The notes below the pieces were generated by a model. It saw nothing but the letters and a program-made list of their open reading frames with translations, was not told where the DNA came from and ran no database searches. Shown here piece by piece: positions 12,640 through 24,630 of a DNA stretch of 64,000 nucleotides. Every line of letters starts with the position of its first letter. The first letter of the stretch is position 1. A program made the position numbers and the translations under genes. Source of the DNA: Takakia lepidozioides (Eukaryota > Plantae > Bryophyta); the NCBI GenBank assembly GCA_030704615.1, contig CM060732.1, positions 71,672,001-71,736,000 on the forward strand. Direction: 5' to 3'.

Positions 12640-14568
12640 ACTTCTTCTTCTCCATCAGAATCAGAGGAATCTGCCACAGGAATATCAGTACTCTTCTGCA
12701 TTTCCCTTATGGTATCTGCCACTTCCTTGTGCAGTTCCTTCTCATCTTTCCAAGTCTCTCATCTTCAGGCATATCACTGCCACTTCATTATCATCATCTT
12801 CCTCAACTACTGGAGGTATTTTTGCTTTGCTTCTGTTACTATCATTGTACTTACTTCTGGTACAACACATGGCCTAACCATGTGAGCTGCCACCACTGGG
12901 CCCTCATTCACAGGAGCTCTCATCTCATTCTGGTGTCTAATCCAGAATGAACAGGCTGCCTTGCGATGTCCTGGCTGATTACAATAGTAACATAGTTCTT
13001 CACCATTGGGTCCTCGCCCTTGGTCTGCTTTGGATTATTTCTGTAATCCTGATTCCCGGGCTGGTAATTCCCCTTGGATTACCCTGATAGTTGCCTCTGG
13101 AATTTCCTTGGTAATTCCTCTTGAATTACCTCTCCCTTCCATGCCATTGTTATAACCACCAGACCTACCATAGTGGTCCTGATCATTGTTTCTTCTTGGC
13201 TGGGGCTGCACCTGATGCACCCTTACTTGCCTAGGTTCTCTTGCAGCTGTCCTTTCTGTTGTAGTAACAATTCTCAGTAGAATGGTTATCCATTTTACAG
13301 ATAGTACAGTGTTTCTCCTTCATGTTGGCATTCTGTGGTGGTATGGCCTTCATTCTGGCACTTTGCACACCATACACCCTTCTCCAATGTGTTGCAGCCT
13401 CTGTGGCATACTTCTTCAAGATTTCTTCCAATCTTTTCTCATAGTTATCCCTCTTCAACTCTCCTTTCTCTTACTCTTCCTTTTTAGTTCTTGCTCTTCT
13501 TCTTCATCTGACTCATCCTCAGAGTCCTCATCATCCTTTCTCTCTCTCCTGAACATTCCCAATTGCTCAATTCTGTTTGCAGTTTCAAATGCCTCCTCCA
13601 CTGTATTATGGGGTAACATATCCACTTTCTTTTGCAACTCTGGTCTTAGTCCACTCACAAACCAAGTCTTCTGTAAACCGGGTGCTGGTACTGCAGCCAG
13701 CTTTTTCATCATCAATTCCATCTTTTCCATATACTCCTCAACAGTTTCATGCTTCTTTTGCTTTAACTGTTTAAACTTCCATACACTTCATCCTCAGTTT
13801 TACTTGTCCTGAACCTATTTCGAAATGTGTATTCAAGCCATTCCAGGTTAGGAAATGATTATCAGGGAATCTTGCATACCATTCGCTTGCTTTCTTGCTA
13901 AGTGAACAAGGAAACAATCTCATCTTGGCATCATCGCCATTCTCATTGTTCACTATACACATGTGCTCAAATTGCTAATGTGTACATCGGGATCCCCTTT
14001 TCCTGAATATATTGGAAAAGGTGGTTTTGCCCGTGTTGGTTGTAACGCCATCTGTGGCCCTACCTTCTGCCCACTGACAGGTGCTGGCAACCCTTGGTGC
14101 TGGTCCTTCTGGACCTGTTGTTTTTGTGGTGGATCTTCCACCAAGTGGTGGCCCTTGAGCACTCCCTGCTTACTGGGCCCCACATATTCACAGTATTCCC
14201 AGCTTCAGTTGCACTACTTCCCACACTCCCTGTCCCCCCAGAGCCAGATCCAGGCTCGCCTAATCCCCCTGAGCCGACACCTTCGTTGGCCTGTGATCCA
14301 AGTGCTCCACTTGATCCAGGTCCAACGGGTTGGGATGTCCTGGTTGTAGTCTCAACCTCAACTGTTGGGTCTACTTCTTCATACTCTTCCTCTTCCAATT
14401 TCTTCTCTCTGTTTTCATCCTCCAAGTTTGTCCTTGGGTTTCTTCTTCACTCATGTAACTCAACTGCAATGGTGTTGGAGAGTCTGAACTCTCCGTTGGC
14501 TCTGCCACATCCTCTCCTCCTCTTCACCTTCTGCTTCAAAAACTGAAGTTCCTGCTTTGGTGTTCCAT
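12640..14568 (-). pseudogene. gag: gag with zinc knuckles (frameshifted)
   Basis: FPIYSGKGDPDVH, KMRLFPCSLSKKASEWY, WFVSGLRPEL, CTICKMDNHSTENC; the start position is uncertain. Confidence 0.85.
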
Positions 14569-15468
14569 GCCAACTCTTATCAAAGATTTCTGTCAAATTT
14601 ATCCAGGATGTACCTCAGATCTTTCACCTCGTGATTGATCTTCTTCCCATACCAATTCCCTTAATCTTTCTTGCAAAGAAACAGAAGGAGTGGCATCCAA
14701 CTCTAGTTCTTCTGGTATGGGTGATGATACTCTTTGATCTTAATGGCGTGAGAGGTCCATATGATTCCCCTATGTCTATTCCTCTCTCCCAAAGATATGG
14801 AATAATTAGCTTTCAGATAGCTTTCTCTTTTTGCTGAATATCTCTGGCGTCTAGCTTCTCTTTCATCACTCATGTTCCAATGTCTTTCATTTCTTTTTAA
14901 TGTGGCAATAACCAAAAACTCTCTTCTGTAATTCTCTCGTATATGCCTGGGTTTCTTTCTTTCAAGCTTCAATCACCCCTTGGCTATACTTGAAGTCTCC
15001 GTTACCATATAAACCATATGGCAAACAAGTCTGGAAAGCTGTTCTTGGTGTGAGTTTGATCCACAAAATAATCCTTTGGAATCCAATTCTTAACCACAGT
15101 ACAAGCTCTTCATGCATATGAGTAAACATTCACTTTTCTTTTCCTCCCAGCTTCAAACTCTAACTCTCTTAATGGATCAATGCTATCACATATACCATGT
15201 TGGTAACCAACGTGCTCTTCCTCTACAGGCCCCACCTGATAATCTTTATCACTCCTTTCTCCAGACCCCCATTTCAGGGTCAGCATCATGCACTCTTTTA
15301 AGAATGTTTTTCTTTACAACCGTGTGGCAATTCCAAAAACCTCTGGAAGAATCGTTTGGACATCTTTCTTCTCAGTTCACACGGAATTTGATTCACATCA
15401 AATTCTTAATTTTCCAACCACCATGATCCCACCGATGCCTGTCACATCTGGTTGTTCATGACCCCAGT

Positions 15469-15486
15469 TCCCCAGTATGGTCACCA
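15469..15486 (-). promoter_or_regulatory. Primer-binding site, probably tRNA-Arg
   Basis: TGGTGACCATACTGGGGA lies one base after the 5' LTR; it resembles the Arg-type PBS of Ogre/Tat elements as I recall it (TGGCGACTCCACTGGGGA). Confidence 0.75.
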
Positions 15487-15487
15487 A

Positions 15488-16499
15488 TGTCGCGCGCCTT
15501 TACTCACCCATCCCTCGCTATCCGAGGCGGAAACTCCAAGATAGAAGAGTTGGAAATCTCTAAGTACACAGCCCGCTCAGAACAATCAGTCATGACCTAC
15601 AGCTAATGTGTTCATGGGGGTGTTTTCTATTTGTTTTCCTTCCCGCATTCATGTTAGCTACCTTACTATTGATACTTAGTATCAGTTTGCTTCATCAATC
15701 TATCGGATTCCATCAACTCATCCATTCATTCCACAGCTTCACTCAGATCTCTCTACAACAGTGTGAGTATAAGTGTGTATCAGATTAATATCTATCAAGT
15801 ATAAGGCTAAAGTCCTGGAGTCTCTAATCTGCTCTACATTATAATTCTAACTGCTTGTGCTTCCATTAAGCATCATAGACATCCTCCTCCTATTTCCTGC
15901 TCTCCCTCTTTTCTGCTCAGAGATACTCTCTGCCTTGCCTCATTTCCCCTCAGTGATGTCCAAAGTTCCCTTCCCCCAGAAGCGCCCAAAAATGATCCCC
16001 CTTTCAATCCTTGCTTCCCCAGCTTTATCTTCCTACCTGTTGTTCTAACCGTTTCCCTCACTAACCATCGTCCGTGAACTAACATGTTCCATTCGCAGGG
16101 GTTGTTTCCCCCCATTCGTTCCCTGTCCTGCTAATCCGTTCCCTATTGTCGTGACTGGCTGTGTTAAACTGTGACTGGCTGTGACTGCTGGTAGCTATCG
16201 ACTGTGTTTGGCTGTGTCGGCTGTGAACTTGCTGTGTGCTGTGTCGGCTGTGACGGGCTGTGTTTGGCTGTGATGGGGCTGTGTCAGCTGTGACGACTGT
16301 GACGGGGCTGTGTTGGCTGTGATGGCTGTGTCGGCTATGACGACTCTGTGCGGGCTGTGTAACCCCCCCCTCTACTAAATGCGCTGCTGTCACCCGAACC
16401 CTCAACCCCCCTAAGGCTCCTGTTGGTCTCAGTTCTGTGCAAAAATAAGGGTACCCCACAGATCCCGTATAAGTGTCTAAGTCCAGACAGTCCTCTACA
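15488..16499 (-). repeat. 5' LTR (1012 bp)
   Basis: TGTCGCGC...CCTCTACA, followed by TSD GAGAT. Confidence 0.95.
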
Positions 16500-17457
16500 G
16501 AGATCATGGTGAACCCCGACCATACCCTAGATCAGACACTTCCATTGTTCCTGCAATACGAGCAGCATTCTCGCTGATTCGATCTTGCCGAAGTGTTCTG
16601 CGGTTGGAGGGAATCGTCAAACCAGCTTCCCATTCCGTCTGGTTGGCCACAAGTGAGCGTCACGTGGAGGTACCCGTGAACCGCTTGAGCTTGAAGCACC
16701 TCCACGTGCAATGTAATGTCTGGCTAGTGAGAACCCCGCCTCCTCCAGCTCCAACGTCTCGCATGCTCTCTTGTGAGTGAGACCACCAACCTGTCCATCT
16801 CACAGGCCACATGTTGGTGGAGTAGGCTTTATATCACCACGGAGGGCCTCACTGTCCCACGCAGACATCTCCCGGAATCGTCATCGCAGAACCATAACTT
16901 TTTTTTTGTGGTTCTTTCTTGTGTCCTCTCCCTTGTCGTAAGGGAGAAACAAACCAGTGAATGTAGGAGCTGCAGTGTGTTCTTTGCCTCTGGATATTAA
17001 AGATGTACACTTTTCATGATTGGTGGCCCTGATGGCCGCACATTTCACTCGTGATCCATCACTTGTGCGTTCTATATGCCAAACTGCCAAGCACATGGAC
17101 TCCATTACATGCGGCACCAGTTCTGTTCTTCAAACCATTGTAGTGACGTGCTTGATGGCAGGGTCCGGTCTGGGGCTAATGGCCGTCGCCTGTGGATGTT
17201 CCGCAATTCCATCTTTGATCCAACGGAACACGTGGCGTGGAGAGTTGACCGTGTCCACGCCTATGGGAATCTGCATCCGATCGGGAGGGTGTCCAATTTT
17301 CCGTTTGGAATACCCAAATCTCTCTTCGCCTTCCAGATGGGGAACTCTACCCACGAGAGGGGTGCCATCTGCACATATGCTCACTGCCCACTCGTATTTT
17401 TGCTGGGATCCCCCGATCTTCTGGCTGCCCGTAATATCAACTCGCTCCTGTCCGGGC

Positions 17458-17656
17458 TGTCGTGTGCATACATATTGCTACACAACTACAAATCGCTGTC
17501 CAAACCCACACACCACATGTGCACACCAAACACTAGTCTTCACTAGTCCACCACTATCCACCACTAGTGTAGCCACTAGTCCCAACCACTAGGCTGCCAC
17601 TAGCCACCACTAGTGCAGCCACTAGTCTATCACTAGGCTCACACTAGTCCATCACA
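17458..17656 (-). repeat. ~200-bp LTR-like copy (CACTAGT-rich), same family as 20348-20547
   Basis: TGTC...CATCACA, direct repeat of 20348-20547; it truncates the element E transposase; no TSD seen. Confidence 0.7.
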
Positions 17657-17870
17657 ATGATAAAGAAATTAAATAATACAAGCACACAAGCTCTCTCCCT
17701 CAAACTCACATACTTGCACATGAAAACATCACTCATATATTAAGTCGATCCAAGTGCCACCCCGCCACGCCACGGAGAATCCACACTACGGCGCCATAGC
17801 TAGACGCTGAGATGAGGCTCAACTCGAGAAAGATGCGTCCACCCACGCTTCTGCCGTGAAGATAACAACC

Positions 17871-20223
17871 TGTAGTGTTGAAGACAGGGGCGTGAATCCC
17901 CTTCTGTGCAAGTGTAGTTGTGCTCCTCCCCAGGTCAATTGGAGGGAAGAAAGTAGCTCTCCTCCTCAGGTGATCCAACCCTCGTCACTCTCGGTGTGGG
18001 TTTTTCCCTCAGTCCTTCATGATCAGAGTTCACACACTCCTCCTCCACGCCGCAGCGGAAGAGAAGACATGGATGGGGAGTCTGTATTGTTTTCACGCAC
18101 ACACGTTTTTTCTACTTCTATCTAACACAACATCCTCTCCCTGGTACACCTTCACAGCCCTTTACCATGCTGTCTTCAGTGATGCAACCAGCCCTACGTC
18201 AGTGATACCATCACTGCCCTTGTGGGCAGCTCCCTTGGTCAGCAACAGGGAATCCCCTTTGTAATAAGATCACGATTTGGAAGAGGCAACTCAGATCTGC
18301 CATGAGTTGCAGGCCCACCAGTTTGGCCCTTCATGGGTTCATGCTTTCTTTATCTTACCGCCCCCCAATCATCCATTCCTCTCCATCCCCCTCTTGCTGT
18401 CAGCTCTCTCCCTTATGTGTCCTTTTCTCTCTTCTCTCTCCCCTTTCTCTTTCCTTCAGGGTGAGTAGGTTCCTCACTCTTTCCACTGTAGCATGTCTAT
18501 GATGCAATGCAATGCGCATTCAGCCAGCATCCGTGCCCCCAGCATTGAAATCAACCTTGGTCACACAGATATAATCAGCCCTTTTATCAGTCCCTCTCTT
18601 GGCCAATGACAGATGCTTCATCACACTCCACTTTTCCCAGTGTAGCCATTTGCCCAAGACAGCTCTCAACCCTTCTACAGGTCTCAATTTACACACACCC
18701 GACAGCTCTCTTTTTCCCATCAACTGTGAACCTCAGTGGTTCACATGCTGAGAGCACCCTGAGAATCAGATCCAAACCCAAACAGATGTTGGTTTTTCTG
18801 CCCCATCCACATCATCCCTTTCTTGTTGTTTCAAACAGTTCTATCTAACTCTCACACTGGTTTCCTCTACCTACTAAGCTAGTTCCACATTGACTGCAAT
18901 GTGTCAACATCCCAGGCTAGATTGTTGTACAAGCTCATGACGCTGAAACAAGACAAGAATACAACAGCAGCAACCATTCTGTCCCACAACGAATCAACCC
19001 TGTTTCCATTCATTTTTCCTACTGTACAATGTAACAGCAGGTGCAATCCATCTCCAGTCCCTCCTGTTTGAAGTCCAGTGTCCTTCATTCCTTTCCAAAG
19101 CTCTTTTTCTTTCCTCACAGTCAGTGTCTCTTACTACAACAAGAGACAGTCCAAACTTCACAAAGCGATTTCTAAGTCAACCCCCCAAAAAAGAGAAGGC
19201 CACTCTTCAAAACTTATCTGTCTTATACTCATTGAAGCGGTGGGTTCTGCCGTCCAAAAGCACCTGGTCCTCCTCCCTTGTCAGCCATTTCCGACGTCTC
19301 TTCTTATCGTGATTCCAGTCCTCATCAAGGCATGACGCTCGCTTCAGCTGCTGGCACATCCTTGTGTCCTGCCAACCTCTACCCTATCCTTCTACATGTG
19401 CATTTCTTCTTCCCTATGAAGTGATCTGGTCCTACAGCCTTAAGACAGAGAGCAGATACAAACTTAATTATAGATAGCTTAAGCGCCATACCCACCAGAA
19501 GGCGGCACCCGCTTCCTCTGCACAGAATGCCAAGCCAGATCCCTTAACGTCGCTCTTTAAGCAAACTGATTCTCTTACAAAGTGATCTGGCCCTAAAGCT
19601 CAAAAACAGACAGCAGCTACAAGATTTTGATCACAGACAACCTGAGGCGCTATACACACCACCTGCATTTCTCATCCCCCAACACCTGCTGAGCCGCTCC
19701 ATCTCCTCATTAATGTGCTCATCAACGACAATGGCGACATCAGTGGTGCACCGCCCTTATCACAAACCTGATCCCTCTGGTTTGATCATTGCTTACGAAG
19801 AAGGCGGCACCGCTTCTTCTTGCACAGAAGCCAAGCAGGAGCTCTTAACATTTCTCTTAAAAGCAAGCTGATACCCTTTGCGTAGGTGGAACTTTCTCAG
19901 ATATCCTGTGCTGCCAACACCACTGCAGCAGCTGCGAAAAGATACACGCACTCTTCCCCTTCGAATTTCACATCCTCCTTCTAGGGTTCAACATCATGGA
20001 TGAAAATCATTCATCCTAGGGATGAAAAAGGCGCATGTCATAACTTAGCCATATTTTGTTCTTGGCAGATCAATAGCATAGTCCTTCCATGGAATTACCT
20101 CAAGTTATGGACAATTCCTCCCTCTCCTTCTTAGCACGAAGGGCAACTCCCTTTGTAGTAGTGCCGTCCGAAACCTGATGCCAAACAAAAACTTGAATTT
20201 TTACCCCCTGCACTCACACTACA
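17871..20223. mobile_element. Element D: 2.35-kb non-coding TGTAGTGT...ACACTACA element (solo LTR or non-autonomous TIR element)
   Basis: Imperfect ~20-bp terminal inverted repeats; flanks AACC/AACG; a homologous copy is split between 58206-59178 and 43377-44606. Confidence 0.7.
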
Positions 20224-20347
20224 AACGCCAGGTGCCCAAACATATATTGGCCCCTGGATTGACACTTGGGTCAATCCCAAATATCAATATATAACAGCTA
20301 GCTATTTCCTAGCTAACTTCACACTAGTGGTAAAATAACTTGACAAC

Positions 20348-20547
20348 TGTCATATGCTTACACAACTACACATCACTGTCCAAAACCACACAACACATGT
20401 GCACACCAAACACTAGTCTTACTAGTGCACCACTAGTCCTGCCACTAGTGCAACCACTAGTCCACCACTAGTTATCACTAATGAAGCCACTAGTCCAACT
20501 ACTAGGCTGCCACTAGCCACCACTAGTACAGCCACTAGTCCATCACA
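20348..20547 (-). repeat. 3' LTR of the integrase-PHD retroelement
   Basis: TG...CA ends; preceded on the minus strand by the purine-rich CTAAGGGGGC at ~20552-20561. Confidence 0.7.
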
Positions 20548-20821
20548 ATCGCCCCCTTAGCTGGCGCTTAGGTCCCTTTAAGTCCAGGTAGCCACAAGAT
20601 GTGATAGTGGCTGTACTAGTGATGTGATAGCCCCACTAAGTCCTCCACCACTGTCCCTACTGCACTCAAACGCGATAGATCAAGAGGTCGGGTACAAGAG
20701 TTGCCCCATTGTTAGTCGCCGTCTTGCAACCTGTGAACTTGAGCCTGAGATCTCGGGTATTGACTCCTATGAGTTTGGCCTCCCATGTCTTGTTAGCTGC
20801 CACTGGTCATATCCACTGCCA

Positions 20822-21880
20822 CTATCCCAAGCAGTGTGGACATAACCAATCTCCATCATGAACCCTCTCAAGAGATGGTATCAAGCATCCCATGTGGCAA
20901 CCTCTTGAGCATCGATCACACACTAGCATAGTGGTGGCACCACGAGCATGCCCACATAGCATGCAACGCAACCCTGCAGGTACCACTGCAATGTTGGGAT
21001 CTCTCCTCCCATCCACATGTGGAAGGTGACATGGCGCACAATTGCGCACATGGTCCTTCCATACCATGTCATCTCGACCCTCCAGAATCAACACTCATGA
21101 AGGCAACACCTCCCTGACCTTTAGAATCACACGTCCTGCTGTGACATCCAAGGTTGTAGGCGCTGTCTGTTGCAGATACACATAGTCCCCAGGGTAGAAA
21201 TGCCGAACACCTGGCCAATATCCCCCTCCACGTATAGTGGCATACCTCAATGTGTCTCGGTGTTGGGCAATAGTAAGGTTCTCAAAAGCCATAGGCATGA
21301 CCCTCTTGAACAACCTCTGCCTGTTGGGACATGCTTGTGTCCACACACATCCGGAATCATCAAGGTTTGAGGACTATTGCAGCCTCCCTGCGAATAGCAG
21401 ACAAATCTGGCTCTCAGCCAAGAGAAGGAATATGGTGAGAAAGAGGCAAGTGATGCTTGCTTGCTAAACTTGTAGCCCATGGCTAACCAAGGTACCTGAA
21501 GATCCCAATCTCCTAGGTGTCCCTTTTGCAAGCCATACTTGTGCAAACCCCTCTTCACCGTCTGCACCACTCTCTCTGCCAAGCCATCGGCCTCAGGATG
21601 ATCCCGAGAAGTGGTACGGTGGTCTATCAAGCCTTTATAAAGCCTGAAACTCCCCCAAGAACTCTCTCCCTTGGTCCGTGAGTACCTCAGCTGGAGCACC
21701 GAATCGGCTAAGCACACGATCCATGAATGCATACGCAGTCCCCTCACTAGCCTTGTCAGGCAATGGAACCAACTCAATTCACTTGGAGAAGTGCTCCACC
21801 ATCACCAACACATATCTATGGTGGCGCATTGTTAGTGGCAACGGCCCTGTGAAGTCAAGACTCCACCTGTAGCCCAATCT
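20822..21880 (-). pseudogene. Ty3/gypsy integrase with C-terminal PHD finger (degenerate)
   Basis: RWSLDFTGP, HPEADGLAERVVQTVK, then CMLC...LVCDRCSRGCHMGC...WLCPHC (C4HC3 PHD). Confidence 0.85.
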
Positions 21881-23029
21881 ATGGCCCCCATTGGCAAACG
21901 CAAAATGAGGAGATCGAGAAATTGATTGGTAGTGATCATCTTTTCCAGCACTTGTCAGGAAAAATGTTCTACGTGTGAGACGGCAACCATCGGCTCCTTG
22001 CATGGATGGAGCACATAGCCCAAGCACACACCAATGAACTAGATTGGCATTACGCCGTCGAGTGTGTTGTGCTCAAGAATGCGGGGCCAAAGGATTGCAG
22101 TCTTCTCAAAGTTGCTATGACAAACATAAACTGGTAAGTTAAAATGCTCATTGCACGGGAACTTTCTATTTCAAACACTCCTTTCATTGCCAATCGTCTC
22201 ATTTATTAGAAATTCTCATTTCATTGGCAATCATCTCGTTTATTGGAAATGTGGCATTGCAGGGTGACTAAGAATGCCTTCATTGCCACCAACTTGTCCC
22301 ACATGCTCTTTTGAGTGAAGGATGTCGGGAAGTAGGGGGTGCAAGAGTTTGCCAATTCCCTCAGTGCCGATCTCCTGCGCAAGTCAGAGGCAAAGGCAGA
22401 CAGAACCTGATATAGGCTGAGCATGGATGCCATGGTGGACTACATATTTCGGGCACTGCGTTCTGCTCTCTTCATTTGTTGCTCTATTCATTATTTGCTC
22501 CTCTAAACGAAGAAATGGTGTGGACCATGATTTTCTAATTCTACTGTTGTTCTTCCTGATTCTCAACAGTTTGATGTTTCACAAACCAATCAGGCCATGA
22601 TCCCACAAGATCTTGTTCCTGAGTAACCTCATATTTCTTGGCCAGACTCTGAATCTTTGGTACCATGGGGTCTCCGACCATACCAGAGTTTTCATAGAGA
22701 AGATCGCCCTTCTCAATTTCTGCCAGTACCTGCTCTGTAGTGGGGATGTCCAATCCCTCTCTCTCCATAGTAAGGGGGGTTGCTATTCCATGAGCTCATG
22801 AGCGGTGAGCTCATGAGCTCATGAGCGGGCATGGCTAACCCATGAGCCGCAAAGTAACACACTTCGAATTTCGGCAGATTTTTTTCGGGCCAAAAACTAT
22901 AAAATAATCAAAAATCGAAGATTTCCGCGCTCATGCTGGAAGTACTCCGCTCATGAGTACCAGTGTACGCTCATGACTTGGAGCCCAGGCTCATGGACCG
23001 CCAGGCCAGGTCATAGAATAACAGAATTC

Positions 23030-23530
23030 TGGGCAATAACGGCACCGAAATTATCCCAGAGGCAGAGACGCAAGCGGAATTAGGATCCGGGTTTGCAGAC
23101 TCCGAAAACGCAATGGCGACCTATAACCGTGGATAGTACTATTGCAGAAGTGCAGGATGGTTGGTTATAACGAGGCCGTAATTGGGCACAGGAAAAGAAA
23201 TAGCGCGCTGAAGGCTCGGGAGTGAAGCCAACAACGGTGAAAGTAATTGGGCTCTGCCAACCAAATACCCGGCTGCATCCTCCGGAGTGCAGGCGATAAC
23301 GGCGCCGAAATGGGCCCCGGAAACCAAATACTCGGCTGAAGCCACCGGAGTGCAGCCGATAACGGCGCCGAAATTGGGTCCGGAAACCAAATACCCGGCT
23401 GAAGGCTGGGGATTGCAACCAATAACGGCGCCGAAATTGACCTGCGGAACAAAATTCTCGGCTGAAGCTTCCGCACTCCATGTAATAACGGCGCCGAAAT
23501 TGGGCGTCGGAGAGCAAATACCCGCCTTAC
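23030..23530. repeat. Left subterminal 63-bp tandem array carrying ATAACGGCGCCGAAAT
   Basis: Motif starts at 23296, 23359, 23422, 23485 (exact 63-bp period), with degenerate copies upstream. Confidence 0.9.
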
Positions 23531-23622
23531 GGTGAGGGAGGCCTTGCTCTCATTTTGCTCTTCACTCTTCTCTGTTGTGCCCATCTCCTCCCTGCTTTGA
23601 GTTCGTGTTGTGTCGTGAGGCC

Positions 23623-24174
23623 ATGTCGTGCCCGAATCACATCTATCGACGCCAGACGGGAGTCATTTTCCCGAAAGCAGACGACATCATTGTCTTCCTG
23701 GATGTTTACAGGGACGATCCTCGACTTGTCCAGCTGAGAGCAATGGAGTTTCTTCCAGGATTGCACGACTCTCCTGGACCCCGGCTGGGGAGCAGGTGGT
23801 TCCTACGCATCATGGACCTGGACTTTCCGCATGTGTGGGAGCCGAACAGATCACGCACAGCGTTGCTGTATCGCTGGAATTGTTGCGAGTGGACGTATGA
23901 TGAGTGCATAGGTGAAAACTTTACGCGTGGACGGACTGGCTCGGAAAGTGGGGACATTCTCTTCAGTTATGAGGATGAGGAGGAGGGGAACACAGGGCCC
24001 ACTGTGAAAATGTCCTTCTACCAAGGGGGCGCTATCGATAAACACGACATCCTCGTTAGTTTCAACCGGGCGACAGAAACCACTGACATTTTGTTCAAAT
24101 ATAGGCACCCGGTCACTCAGGAGGTCCTTGAGAGGCCAGTTCGAGTTCCTTCTTCTTGGGCGAGGGGACCATAG
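23623..24174 (+). CDS. Orphan 183-aa protein of element A
   Basis: Uninterrupted ATG-TAG ORF with globular-looking composition, downstream of the palindrome array and convergent with the transposase; no domain recognised. Confidence 0.55.
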   Translation: MSCPNHIYRRQTGVIFPKADDIIVFLDVYRDDPRLVQLRAMEFLPGLHDSPGPRLGSRWFLRIMDLDFPHVWEPNRSRTALLYRWNCCEWTYDECIGENFTRGRTGSESGDILFSYEDEEEGNTGPTVKMSFYQGGAIDKHDILVSFNRATETTDILFKYRHPVTQEVLERPVRVPSSWARGP

Positions 24175-24630
24175 GTCTTGCATGCTAGAGTAGACATGTT
24201 TCAACTTGCTGACACTCATGGCACATACATTTTCATTCAGAAATCAAGCAGCTTCCCTGTGCCATATGGGGAATATACAGGCTTCGATAATCTTCTGTTA
24301 ATGTTATTTGCAATTCACTGCCAGTATGCTGGGACGTGTCCTTTGTCGTATGGATTGCTGTTTGCACAAGGTGCAGTATGCAAATGCTGGAATGTGCAGT
24401 AGGACCCTTCCCACTGGGACACAGAACTAGCAATCTTGTAAAGGCATCACATTTGCAGAACAATAACAATGTATTTGTAGCAAATTGGAGTCTTCTCATA
24501 AAGGTGGACGAAATTCACATGTAGCCATGGCGATGCGGCACCACCAAGTGTATAATTCCTCACAAAAAAATAGGGTGCAAGAAGATGAATGTAATATAAT
24601 TGCCACTAACTCCTTCCCGAATGTGGAATG

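Larger units (their letters stand above)
3397..16499 (-). mobile_element. Full-length Ty3/gypsy LTR retrotransposon, non-chromovirus (Athila/Tat/Ogre-related), with large extra 3' ORF region
   Basis: Two TG...CA LTRs, 5-bp TSD GAGAT (3392-3396 and 16500-16504), PBS, PPT and gag-PR-RT-RH-INT order; no chromodomain or extra RNase H seen. Confidence 0.95.
2396..17457 (-). mobile_element. Element E: truncated MULE related to element A, interrupted by the gypsy element
   Basis: Transposase C-terminal half is split between 16500-17457 (PDRSELILRAARRSGDP, PHLEGE, WHIERT, LWFC, EAGF) and 3124-3396 (SWIM: CTC...CKHLYF...FIHQATMSFNE). There is a palindrome array at 2655-2940 and GTGAGC/GCTCAC repeats at 2410-2540. 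The left terminus GGTAGTTAC is a guess from similarity to the A terminus. Confidence 0.65.

Noticed and set aside
17871-20223. CACTA element
   Set aside because: The CACTA/TAGTG words face the wrong way (the element starts TGTAGTG and ends CACTACA) and no 3-bp TSD or Tnp2 is seen
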